Below, one piece after another: positions 53,460-64,000 of a stretch of 64,000 bases of DNA. Each line of letters begins with the position of its first letter. Within the stretch, counting starts at the first letter, position 1. The stretch comes from Mobula hypostoma (Eukaryota), in the NCBI RefSeq assembly GCF_963921235.1, contig NC_086108.1, positions 20,770,001-20,834,000 of the forward strand, read 5' to 3'. The position numbers and the translations under genes are program-made. Below the pieces are notes generated by a model. That model was not told the DNA's origin. It saw only the letters and a program-made list of their open reading frames with translations, and did no database searches.

Positions 53460-53660
53460 TGGGGGGTGGGGTAGGAAGTGGGAAGGGGGAGGGGGGTGTG
53501 GGAGTGTGGGTGTGGGGGAGGGTCTGGAGGTGGGTAAGGGGGAGGGGAGGGAAAGGAGGGAAGGGGAGGGAGGTGGGGAAGGAGGGAAGGGAAGGGGAGA
53601 GAGGAGGGAAGGGAAGGGGAGAGGCAGAGGGAAGGGAAGGGGCGGTGGGAGGGAGGAATA
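53460..53660 (+). repeat. G/purine-rich low-complexity tract
   Basis: About 200 bp of GGG runs with short A/T spacers. Confidence 0.85.
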
Positions 53661-53721
53661 GATGGCTAGGTATTACTGAGCATGAGTGTTCAGAATGGAT
53701 TTCAACTTATATACATATATA

Positions 53722-55280
53722 CAGTACTACATATATATTAGGTACTTAGGCAACCTAGATTTTTTAATATAAATTTTTGTTTTAGATGTTTATTTTGTCT
53801 TCTGTATCAGTGTCAGAAGAAAAGAGCAAAATTTTGATTTCTAAACATTCTTTTTCCAAAAAATTAAATGCTAAAGAATTTTTTGTATTTTGTTAAAGAA
53901 AGTAACATATTAATAGACCATTTTTCAAAAAAAAACTTTGTAGGTATATAGCCCAGTGCATGATTAAACAAAGATAACAAACAGGTGTTAACGATCAATG
54001 ACATTATGAGCTGAATGAACTAAATTTATTAACTGAAACTGTAACGTGTGTAGAAGGAATCAAACTGGGCAAAGGACAACTAAACTAAAAGGTGAGGGTA
54101 TGGCAGGAGTGACAGTTTAACCTTTAAATCATCAATTCTTAAACATTCAAGAGTGAGCATAGCAACAAGACACAAGGTGGTCGTCCCGCATCAGCAAGAC
54201 CTCTCCCAAGTAGAAATTTCGCAACAGACAGGAATTTCAAGATGGGCTGTCCAAGCTCTTCTAAAGAAGCACAAAGAAATGGGAAAGGTTGAGGACCAGA
54301 AACACAGTGGTCAGCCATGGAAACTGAATGCAGTTGATGATCGATACATCAAAATAACCCTTCAAAATCGGAAGAAGTCCAGCACTGCTATCAGCTCTGA
54401 ACTCATAGAAACTACCGGAACCCAAGTACACCCCTCTACAGTCCAGAGTAGTCTTGACAGAAGTGGTCTTCATGGAAGAGATACTGCCAAAAAGCCATTC
54501 CTCCAAAATGGAAACAAAGTCAAGTAACCCACCTACACACAAAATCACGAGGACTGGGGGCTGAACAATGTCAGCAAGTGCTCTGGAATGACCAGTCAAA
54601 ATTTGAAATTTTTGGCTCAAACAGGAAGCAGTTTGTCTGCAGAAGAGCAAGAGAGCATTACTTGGATGAGTGTCTGCAGACAATAGTGAAACACAGCAGA
54701 GTTTCCCTGAAAGTTTGGGGGCTGCATTTCTGTAAAGGGATCTGGTGATCTAGTCAGAATTAATGGGATCCTCAGTGCTGAGAAGTACAAACAGATTGTC
54801 ATCCATCATGCAATACCATCAGGGAGGCATCCGATCAGTCCCATCGTTATTCTGCAGCAGGACAATGACCCCCAACACACAGCCAAGGTCAAAGAGCTAC
54901 CTTCAGTGAAAAGCAGAACAAGGAGTTCTGCACAGATGGTATGGCCTCCTCAAGCCCTGATCTCTACATCATTGACCTGTCTGGGATTAATGGAGAGACA
55001 GAAGCAAGCAAGACAGCCATAGTCTACAGAAGAGCTATGGCAAGCTCTCCGAGATGCTTGGAACAACCTATGAACCAATTTTCTTATAAACTGCATGACA
55101 TTATAGCTTAGAGAATGATGCACTTTTAAAGGCAAAGGGTGGTCACACTAAATAAAGTTTTGATTTTGTTTTTTTACTGTTTATGGCTCTTTATATTGAT
55201 TTTTTTGATATATGAAAACTTTTAATTTAATTATTTTCTTCACTTTAGCAGATTTTTTTTACATAGGCCTAAGACTTACT
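53722..55280 (+). mobile_element. Tc1-family DNA transposon, decayed
   Basis: ORF 54153-54527 (HTH region), downstream QQDNDP and SPDL motifs; ends TA|CAGTACT...CTTAGGCA and GCCTAAGACTT. Confidence 0.85.
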
Positions 55281-56310
55281 TCTGCCCCATTTATATGCCT
55301 AAGATTTCTTACTCTTGTGTGATAAGGTCTTTCCTGACTGGCAGGGGGGGAGGGGGCAGGGTGTTACTCTGCTTGGCCAGAGAGACTTGTGGCTGTGAAA
55401 CAATCTCAGGTTCTGGGGCTTCTTCTGTGGTTGACGTAGGAGTTGACTCTGGGATTGCAGGAAGTGGTTCTGACAGCTCTGAACACCTTTTTGCTCTAAC
55501 AATTGATTCTGCTCTCAACTGATGAATATGTTGTCTCCAGATGACTTCAGATGCAATCTCCACTGTGTAAGAGAGCGATTCAGTTCTGTCCTTAAGCTTT
55601 CCAAGTATCCACTTTTGATCACCTCTGTAGTCCCTTGCAAGGACTGCTTTTCCTGAAGTGAAACATCCAACCGACTTGTTTAAGGAGCCGTCAATTTGTC
55701 TTTCTGAGAGTGGGTTTGAGCAGATTCAAGTGTGACAACCCAAGAACAGCATAGCATATGAGTTGTTTGTTGTGGAGTGTGCTGCATTGCGATATGCAAG
55801 GTGCAAATTGGTAGGCTTCTAACTCAACGTCACTGTAGTGTGCTCTGTAGACATTGCTCACTGTGTTCTTCAAACTCTGGACAAACCTTTCTGCTAAGCT
55901 ATTTGTAGCTGGGCACTAATGGCACATATATAACTTATTCCATTCATTTTCAGGAATGACTGAAACTGTTCCGCAACAGACTGTGGTCCATTGTCACTGA
56001 CGAAGGGTTCTGTTTGATAAGAGGATTCACAACACATGAACACTGTGCAAGACTGCAGCAAAGGCTATTGGGACCACTTCTGGCCACTTTGTAGCTGCAT
56101 CCATTACTGCCAAGAAATCTGTGCCCATGAATGGTCTGGTACAATCCATAATGATCCTTTGCCAGGGCAATGCTAGTCATTCCCAGGGATGGAGAGGTGC
56201 TGCTCTCAGCATCCCCTGGATGTGATGGCATCCCAAAACAGTGCATGGCAAGCTACATGATCTGTTGATATATCCCAGGGCACCTGACAAAGTTTCAAGC
56301 CAACTTTCAT

Positions 56311-56520
56311 CAAAGTTGCTGGTGAACGCAGCAGGCCAGGCAGCATCTGTAGGAAGAGGTGCAGTCGACGTTTCAGGCCGAGACCCTTCGTCAGGACGAA
56401 GTCTCGGCCTGAAACGTCGACTGCACCTCTTCCTACAGAGGCTGCCTGGCCTGCTGCGTTCACCAGCAACTTTGATGTGTGTTGCTTGAATTTCCAGCAT
56501 CTGCAGAATTCCTGTTGTTG
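56311..56520. mobile_element. Penelope-derived fold-back insert, very young
   Basis: Hairpin 56308-56477 with apex at 56393-56394, one mismatch and a 2-nt bulge; intact hammerhead on - at 56364-56397; 14-bp TSD AAGCCAACTTTCAT (56297-56310, 56521-56534). Confidence 0.9.
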
Positions 56521-56905
56521 AAGCCAACTTTCATTTTGACTTTGCCTAGATGATTGACATGTAGCTCCTCCAACACTTTAGCTCTCAGCCTGGATGGTAC
56601 CGAAACTCTCAATCCCTACATAAGGCAACCCCTGTCAAGGGCAAGTTCATTCCTGCACTGGTAAAAATGGAGGAACTGGAATTTCTGCTGCACATTCCAG
56701 CCATCGTGGGTGGCCATATAGACTTCAGAATCAGGATCAGGTTTATTATCACCGGCATGTGATGTGAAGTTTGTTAACTTAGCAGCAGCAGTTCAATGCA
56801 ATACAGAATCTAGCAGAGAGAGAAAAAAAATAATAAATAAACAAGTAAATCAATTAAGTATATAGAATAGATTACAAAAAATGTGCAAAAGCAGAAATAC
56901 TTGGA

Positions 56906-58696
56906 TATTATTATTTATTTATTTAGCAATACAGCTCTGAGTAGGCTCTTCCAGTCCTTCAAGACACACCACCCCAACAACCCCGACAAACAGGATTAAC
57001 CCTAACCCAATCATGAGACAATTTACAATGGCCAATTAACATACCCAATGCATCTTTGGACTTTGAGAGGAAATCAGAGGACTTGGGGAAAACCTTCCTC
57101 GGGGAGGATGTAGAAAACAATGCCAGAATGGCAATGCCATTGTAACCACAATGCCTGAGGAGGATGTTAGAAGGGCCTTCCTGAAGATAAATCCAAGGAA
57201 GGTGACGGGTCCAGATGGCATCCCAGGATGGGTTCTCCGGGCCTGTGCAAGCGAGCTAGCTGGAGTGTTTGCTGACATCTTCAACTGCTCCTTGTTTCAG
57301 TCTAAGATCCCCTTGTGTTTTAAGAAGGCAACGATAATCCCAGTGCTGAAGAAGAGCAAGGTGGCATGCCTAAATGACTATCGACCTGTGGCTCTGACGT
57401 CAATTGCTATGAAGTCTTTCGAGAGGTTGGTTATGGCACATATCAACCACAGCCTACCGGTCAACCTCAACGCTTTGCAATTTGCCTGCCGGAGCAACAG
57501 GTCAATGGCAGATGCCATCTCTCTGGCCCTACATTCCTCCTTAGAACACCTGGAGAATAAAGATGCACACGTAAGACTCCTTTTCATTGACTACAGCTCT
57601 GCCTTTAATACCATCATTCCAAATATACTGATTCCTAAGCTCTGGAACCTGGGCCTTAGCACTCAGATCTGCAGCTGGATCTTCAACTTCCTCACAGACA
57701 GGACCCAGGCTGTAAAAATAGGGGACAAGCTCTCCCCTACAATCACTCTGAGCACCAGTGCCCCACAAGGCTGTGTACTCAGCCCCCTGCTGTACTCACT
57801 GTACACCCATGATTGTGTAGCCAAGTTTCCATCAAACTCAATATATAAGTTTGCTGATGACACAACAATTGTAAGCCATATCTTGGGTAATGATGAGTTT
57901 GAGTACAGAGAGGAAATTAAGAACCTGTTGGCATGGTGCGAAGAAAATAACCTATCCCTCAACGTCAGCAAGAGGAAGGAATTAGTTGTCGACTTCAGAA
58001 GGAGTAGCGGACCACACGACCCAATTTACATCAGTGGTGCGCAAGTGGAACAGGTCAAAAGCCTTAAGTTCCTCAGGGTCAATATCACGAATGACCTGAC
58101 TTGGTCCAACCAAGCAAAGTTCACTGCCACGAAGGCCCACCAGCTCCTTTACACCCTAAGAAAACTGAAGAAATTTGGCCTGTCCCCTAAAACCCTCACT
58201 AATTTTTATAGATGCACCTTTGAAAGCATTCTTCTAGAGTGCATCACAATGTGGTATGGAAGTTGTCCTGTCCAAGACCGAAAGAAGCTGAAGAAGATCG
58301 TGAACACGGTGCAGCACATCACACAAATCAATCTTCCGTCCTTGGATTCACTTTACACCGCATGCTGTCGGAGCAGTGCTGCCAGGATAATCAAGGACAC
58401 TACCCACCCAGCCAACACACTTGCCTCTCGGCTTTTTTGCACTACCTTACTTTCCATTTTTCTGTTTTCTATTTATGACTTATAATTTAAATTTTTAACA
58501 TTTACTAATTTTTAGTATTTTTAATATAATCCAGGGAGTGGGAAGCACAGAATCAAATATTGCTGTGATGATTGTACGTTCTAGTATCAATCGTTTGACA
58601 ACAATAAAGTATAAAGTATAAATAATTGAACTTCAAAATCCAAAATGCCCCAAGCTGCAATAGTGTCGCACTAACCGCTACACTACCATGGTGCCC
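56906..58696 (-). mobile_element. tRNA-derived SINE split by a Rex1 insertion (3' part about 56906-57135, head about 58624-58696), next to a Rex1 tail (56725-56905)
   Basis: Minus strand head GGGCACCATGGTAGTGTAGCGGTTAGTGCG (A box); (AAAT)n tail at 56906-56925. Confidence 0.6.
57140..58622 (+). mobile_element. Young 5'-truncated Rex1/Babar LINE with open RT domain
   Basis: 444-aa ORF 57151-58485: NDYRPVALTS, LFIDYSSAFNTI, PQGCVLSPLLYSLYTHDC, KFADD; AATAAAGTATAAAGTAT tail. Confidence 0.93.
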
Positions 58697-61600
58697 TAAA
58701 CTGCAGGCTTTAGTTCGGTATCTTTGAAATACTGTTTCAACTTATTTTGTGGAATGACTGAAACAGCCAAGCCAATGTCTAGTTCCATTTTAATTAATTT
58801 GCCATTCACTTCTGGTGCAAGCCATATTGCTAGTCTCTTGTTAGATCTCACATTGTAAATCTCAAGGCTACTCAGTCTTGCGTCACTCTCACAATTAACA
58901 GATTTTTCATCAACAGCATGCAGATTAGTGAAAATGTAACGATTTCCTATGCAGTCCATTTATCTTTGTCAGCTTGACATGCTCTTTGTATGTGTCCTAC
59001 TTTGTTGATTTTCTGCACTTTTTGCCTTTACACCTGCATTGGTCCAGTATACATAAGCCCCTGCTATAATGGTAACAATTTATTCGACCAGGCGGGTTTC
59101 TGTTTAGACATTGCAATTTTGTTCACACTCACTTCCGTTCCTGACTGCAACTCAATTGCATCTGTCTGCTGTTTCCATTCCAGTCTCAACCGCTCTTTCA
59201 AATGTGAGTTGTGCTTCAGTTAGGAGCCATTTCTTGGAAGAGTTCACAAACTAAATGATCTCTCAGTGCATCATTAAGCTCATCACTGAATTGACGATGC
59301 TCAGACAATTTCTTCAATTCAGCCACATTCACTGAAATGGACTCCTCTTTCTTTTGATTCCACTTATGAAACCTTAAACTTTCTGCAATCAACAATGGTT
59401 TTGGTTTTACCTGCATTACTTTTGTGCTATTAGCAAAGATCATTTTGGCTGGTTTGGTTGCAGCAGTTAAACCTCTAAGCAAACTGAATGCCTTTCCGCC
59501 TACTGCACTCAGTAACATTGGCACTCGCTTTTCATTGATTATTTCATTTGCTTCAACATACAGTTCAATTCGTTCACTTTAAATAATCCAATTATCTGTT
59601 GTGCAGTCGAACCTGATTATCTTTGCAATGCTGCCAACTATTTCTGCTTTTTTAAAAAAATATATTACTATTATCACCCAGTACTCACTTTCTATGATCC
59701 CTGAATTTTGTCTGTATTCTGCCTTTTTTAAAAAACTCTACCATCTGTTCCCTTCTGAGGAACATGTGCTGCACTTTTTTTTAATATAAACTTTTTTTTT
59801 ATTCATCTCAGGTTTCTTTTAAAACTTAATTATCATCACTGTCGTTTTGCAATTCCAGAAGCTAATTGAAATAAAAACACAGGAAAACGTGTCAACTTCA
59901 TTTTTTACTTTAGATTGGCGCGCATTTACGACGTGGTGGCATAATGACATATTATATTACTCAAATATTACTGAAATACACAACAGTTATGCTATTCCTG
60001 GACACTAGTTTAATTGAAGCCTGCTTGAAGCAGTTACCCTAGGCTGCTAAATTAAGAGGTTAAAGCTGTCAGTAGACACTCAAGGTAGTCTTCAGTACTC
60101 AGCTAGGAACACCGCCTGGACCAGTTGCTTTCAGTAGGCTCACCCTCCTGAAAGATGCTCTCATATCCTCCTCAGAGCTGAAATCACAGGTTGTGGGAAT
60201 CCATGAATGTGCCTTCATGTTCTGTAGGCCAACCTTCAAGATGCCATAACTGCATTCCTGAGTCAAGTTCACCAAATCCTTCAAGAGACTGTAAAGTCGC
60301 TATTTCGTTCACACAGTTCAAAAGGATGTTTCTTAAAGAGAAATTAAGACTGCAGATTACAGAAATAGTAGCTCAGAAGTATATCTTACAGTTTTATGAG
60401 CTACCCACAAAATGTCACCAGCTCCATCTTGAACAGAACCTTAACATTTTGAAAAATTATCACAAGTAGATGGGTGGAAACTTTCAACAATTATCCAGTC
60501 CATCAATATATTCGTAAAACTTCTTTGCCACCTGTACAGTGCAATCACACCTTGCTCTGGAATTTGACAAAGGCAGCACCCTCAGAAGATGATTAAGACT
60601 GGGAAAATTCAAAGATCAAGACATTGCAACATAATTGTGCAGCAATAAAGAACAATTAAATTCTGATGATAAATGTATTGTTATGGAGGAGGAACTGCTC
60701 AAGACACATTATTCTCACAAGCGACTAGTAGAGAAAGGGGTGAAGCACTTTCACCATATTCATCCAGCTGTTAAATCTCATCTTCCTCCTGAAGGTCAAT
60801 CAAGGTAACTGAATTCACCCTGCATTATCATAATAGAGAATAGGGTGGAAAAGTGGTTAGCATTGCTGCCTCTCATCTGAAGAGCAGCTGGTTTAATCCT
60901 CTCCTCAGGTTTGCGCGTGTGGAGTTTGTACGTCCTCCTAGTGATGGCAATGGTACCCTAAGGTACTCCGGTTTCTTCTCAAATCTTAAAAATGTGCTGA
61001 TGCATTGATTAGCTACTGAAAATTATCCCTTGATGTAGGCAAGTGTTAGAAGCTTCAAAGCTTCAATAGAGTCATAAAGCAATACAGTACAATTACAGGC
61101 CTTTCAGCCCAGCAAGTCCATGTTGACCATAGTGCAAATCCAGCTGGTCACAATTTCCTCTGTTCAATGGGCACAAGAAGAGAAAAGTTGTACATGTATA
61201 GTGACATAAGGGAGGAAGTGAAACTGAGTCTAATGGAAATTCCCTGTTGGTAGTTGGGATACATCAACTGTTCTGACTTGTTCTGACTTTAAAATGTGAG
61301 GGACTACTACACATCAGTTGACAGCATGAACCAATGCTAATATGCTCAATACAGCCATTGACAGTTCAGATCAGCTATACTGTCACAAATGAATGCAGCA
61401 AAGATTATGAGAGCAGGTGAAATTCTGATGGTAATATCAACTACTTGAGTTCATTAAGTTCAACTACGAGATCCAGCACTTTGGCTTCATGTTTCATCAA
61501 AGTCTTAGTGCAAACAAGAGCAGAAATCGCTGGTTGAAATGGAATAATTGCCCTTGACATTGAGGCCATTCCAGGCTGAGCATAGCATCAGGAAGCCAAG

Positions 61601-62104
61601 CATCCAGGTTGTAAGCTGTTGAATTAAATAACTAACCAAAAGAGCATTGATGTTCTACTCATTATCATTCGTCATCTCTAATGTCTGCTGTATGATATTC
61701 TTTTGCATTCCTGACATTACTAAGTAATGGAAAATTTGAGAGTCAGACAGCAAGTTGTTCACCACAAAATATTCGATGTCTTTCATGCTACTGGAAAATA
61801 AAGCACTTATGTACCTGGTGTCATTATATGCATTTTGAGAATAACCAACATTCACTGCTAGAAGAATTTCAAACAAGGGAAAATAATTAAATATTAGGGA
61901 GTTGTCATTTAAAACTGGTACATTAAAGTTTATTCAGACAGAATATGATAAATTACTGTTATTTTCTACCTCAGAGATATGTGCAGACTAGATTATTGTG
62001 GGTATTTAGAGAAAGTTGATAAATTTTTGGAAGTGTAGGCAATTAAGGGAACTACCATGGAGGAGGAGAAAAGGCTAGGGACAGATTAGCCATGATGAAT
62101 GCAG

Positions 62105-62920
62105 AGTTTAGGAGGGTTAGCGGTGCCTTACGATGACTTCTTTGCTTGCATCTTCAGAAACAGTTCTATTTCCATCTTTAATATCTCTATTTTTCCCTTT
62201 CAGGGTTCTTTTGAAGACCCTGACCTGGAGTTACACGCTGACTACGATTCTTTGCGGGAATGCGACCTGCTCTTGTGGTTTCATAACTGGCCGGTTGTTC
62301 AGCACGCCAAGGGCTCAGCCTAAGAACTCCACTCGCCTTCAGAGGACCGAGATTTCATGGCTCTGGAGACAGGGGCAATCAGAGGTCAGTGTCTGAGCGT
62401 GTGTGACTGGTGTGTCATGGGAGATGGAAGATCTAAGGCTGTGTCCCCAGACCCGAGATCTTTGGGCACAGTGCTCAGAAAAAGCAACGCAATGGACTTT
62501 TAACATCGTAAACCAGCGAGTTGTTTGTTATGTCTCCCCTCTCGCTGTGAAATGGAGACACCTCTTTCTCCTTTATTAGAGAGAAAGAAAGCCTGTCGTA
62601 TATCGAATGCCGGGTGAACAATGTAGTCTTTGGAGTACTGCAAGTCTGTGTCTTTGCTGTTGCCTTGCTCATGCTTGAGTGCTCAGTGACAGGTGCCGAT
62701 GCTTTTTTTTTGCTGGGGGGTGGGGTCTGTTGCTTGCTGCCACTTACGTGCGGGAGGGAGGGGAGCTAGGGTGGGGGGATTTTGGGGTTCTAACGTTTAA
62801 CTGTCATTCATACTTTGGGGGCAGTCCTCTGTTTTCATGGATGGTTGCGAAGAAAAAGCATTTCAGGATATATATTGTATACATTTCTCCGACATTAAAT
62901 GTACCTTTGAAACCTTTGAT
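62105..62920 (+). mobile_element. Non-coding retroposon-like insert (about 0.8 kb) within an old CR1 3' end (about 61880-62980)
   Basis: GC/CpG-richer than flanks; ends ATTAAATGT-ACCTTTGA-A-ACCTTTGA; CR1 tail GCCATGAT...ATTGAATGG resumes after it. Confidence 0.55.
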
Positions 62921-64000
62921 ATTGAATGGGAGGGCAAGCTCGGGGAACCCCGTGGCTTATACCTGCTACTATTTTCTAATATGCTATACCTCCCCATCAA
63001 GATAATTCACAAGAAATCTGATTCTTTCACAAAACTATGATCAGAAATGAAAAGGGAAAGTGAAAAACAATAAACCATACTGGCATGGGGAAGGATTGCC
63101 TGCCTTTTTCAAAAGTTGCTTTGATAAGAGAAATAAAGTTGTTTGAAGTCAATAAAACTGAATTTATTGCTAACGAGTATGGATCCAATTACAGATTGTT
63201 ATATCTGGATAAAAATAATGAGCAATTGAACAGATCCATGCTTTATTCTTTAGATGAGAGAGTGAAATACTCAAGAATGTGTGACTGAGGATCTGCAACA
63301 GCTTCTAAATTATATCAAAAGTACCAACAGCTTCAAGAGTGGTATTGGATACAGGTGATATCTCAAGTAGTTTGAAGATAAAAGTAAAAAAACTGGGTTA
63401 TTTCAATTTGAAAAGTTACACATGGAAGTATTAAGTACGGTGCAAGTTCAAAAGTCTATTTTCAATTGTCGGTACTGAGTGAAACAAAGACCACTGTGAA
63501 CATGTCGTTTCTGGAAGTGCAAATACTCCTGGAAATCAGGTGCTCAATATAACTGAAGAGTCTAAAAGCCTTTCTGCTAAGCCAATGAAAATCATAAAAC
63601 TTACTGGAAACGTAAAAGAAAACTGTTAACACTGAATAGGTTAGGCAGTAGCTGTGGATGCTGGTAACACATTCTTAAATAATGGTATAGGAAGATCAGG
63701 ATGAATTTATACTTCCTGATAAGTGAATATCATTGAGGAAGTAAAAAAATCAAATTCCATGCATCAATTGATAATTTTATTTTAGTCAATGGGCCAGAAT
63801 CTTTTTCCAAATAAACATTTTGAATATATCATTTCAGCTACAATATAGAATCAGACAATAAAACAGAAAACGCTGAAAACGCGGAGCAGTGCTCTGGTGA
63901 ACAACAGATTTCACATTAATGATCCTTCTTCAGAAAAGGAAAGGTAATAAAAGCAGCATACTTTAAGTTACAGAAATGAAAGGGTTGGAGAGAAGAGAGG

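Larger units (their letters stand above)
55295..59985 (-). mobile_element. Decayed Gypsy LTR retrotransposon with internal deletions and nested inserts
   Basis: Short LTR-like TG...CA segment 59840-59985; gag remnant 59216-59524 (AELKKLSEH...LNDALRDHLVC); protease remnant KMELDIGLAVSVIP (58696-58959); integrase-region remnants 55300-56720; RT/RNase H not seen. Confidence 0.72.

Noticed and set aside
53422..53749. Gly/Arg/Glu-rich ORFs
   Set aside because: Artefacts of the G-rich low-complexity tract
1602..56520. Recurring palindromic repeats as a CRISPR-like array
   Set aside because: Dispersed, in both orientations, each with its own TSD, no spacers or cas genes, eukaryotic context
56177..56527. 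Small ORFs with repeated peptides (MLVNAAGQAAS..., also 1614, 19316-19531, 32946, 42263)
   Set aside because: Translations of the non-coding Penelope terminal repeat on either strand
56997..57009. TAACCCTAACCC as interstitial telomeric repeat
   Set aside because: Only two units, embedded in a SINE
49287..64000. Preceding RALGPS2 exon
   Set aside because: No matching peptide with splice sites found by eye; probably beyond the window, though a short exon could have been missed

Overview
Eukaryotic, AT-rich, repeat-dense intronic DNA from a vertebrate. The CR1/Rex1/Penelope/Tc1 repeat mix suggests a cartilaginous fish such as a ray or skate, but that is inference. Two host genes overlap in antisense. 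The last three coding exons of an angiopoietin-like gene (ANGPTL1, + strand: 3483-3676, 25925-26195, 33314-33498) lie inside an intron of RALGPS2 (- strand; one 127-bp exon at 49160-49286), which is the known vertebrate nested arrangement. Almost everything else, including nearly all long ORFs in the track, is transposon-derived: CR1 and Rex1/Babar LINEs, Penelope-like (GIY-YIG) retroelements, Tc1 transposons and derivatives, tRNA-SINEs, a decayed Gypsy element and two solo-LTR-like inserts, often nested several layers deep with readable target-site duplications (TSDs). The most interesting signal is a Penelope family carrying a minimal hammerhead-ribozyme motif in its 3' terminal repeat. It has produced 120-210 bp TSD-flanked inserts, several of them fold-backs, whose breakpoints cluster on the ribozyme. 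Hammerheads in Penelope elements are known in general; whether these fold-back derivatives are described I cannot check. I see no evidence for a wholly new multi-gene system. Boundaries of old repeats are approximate.
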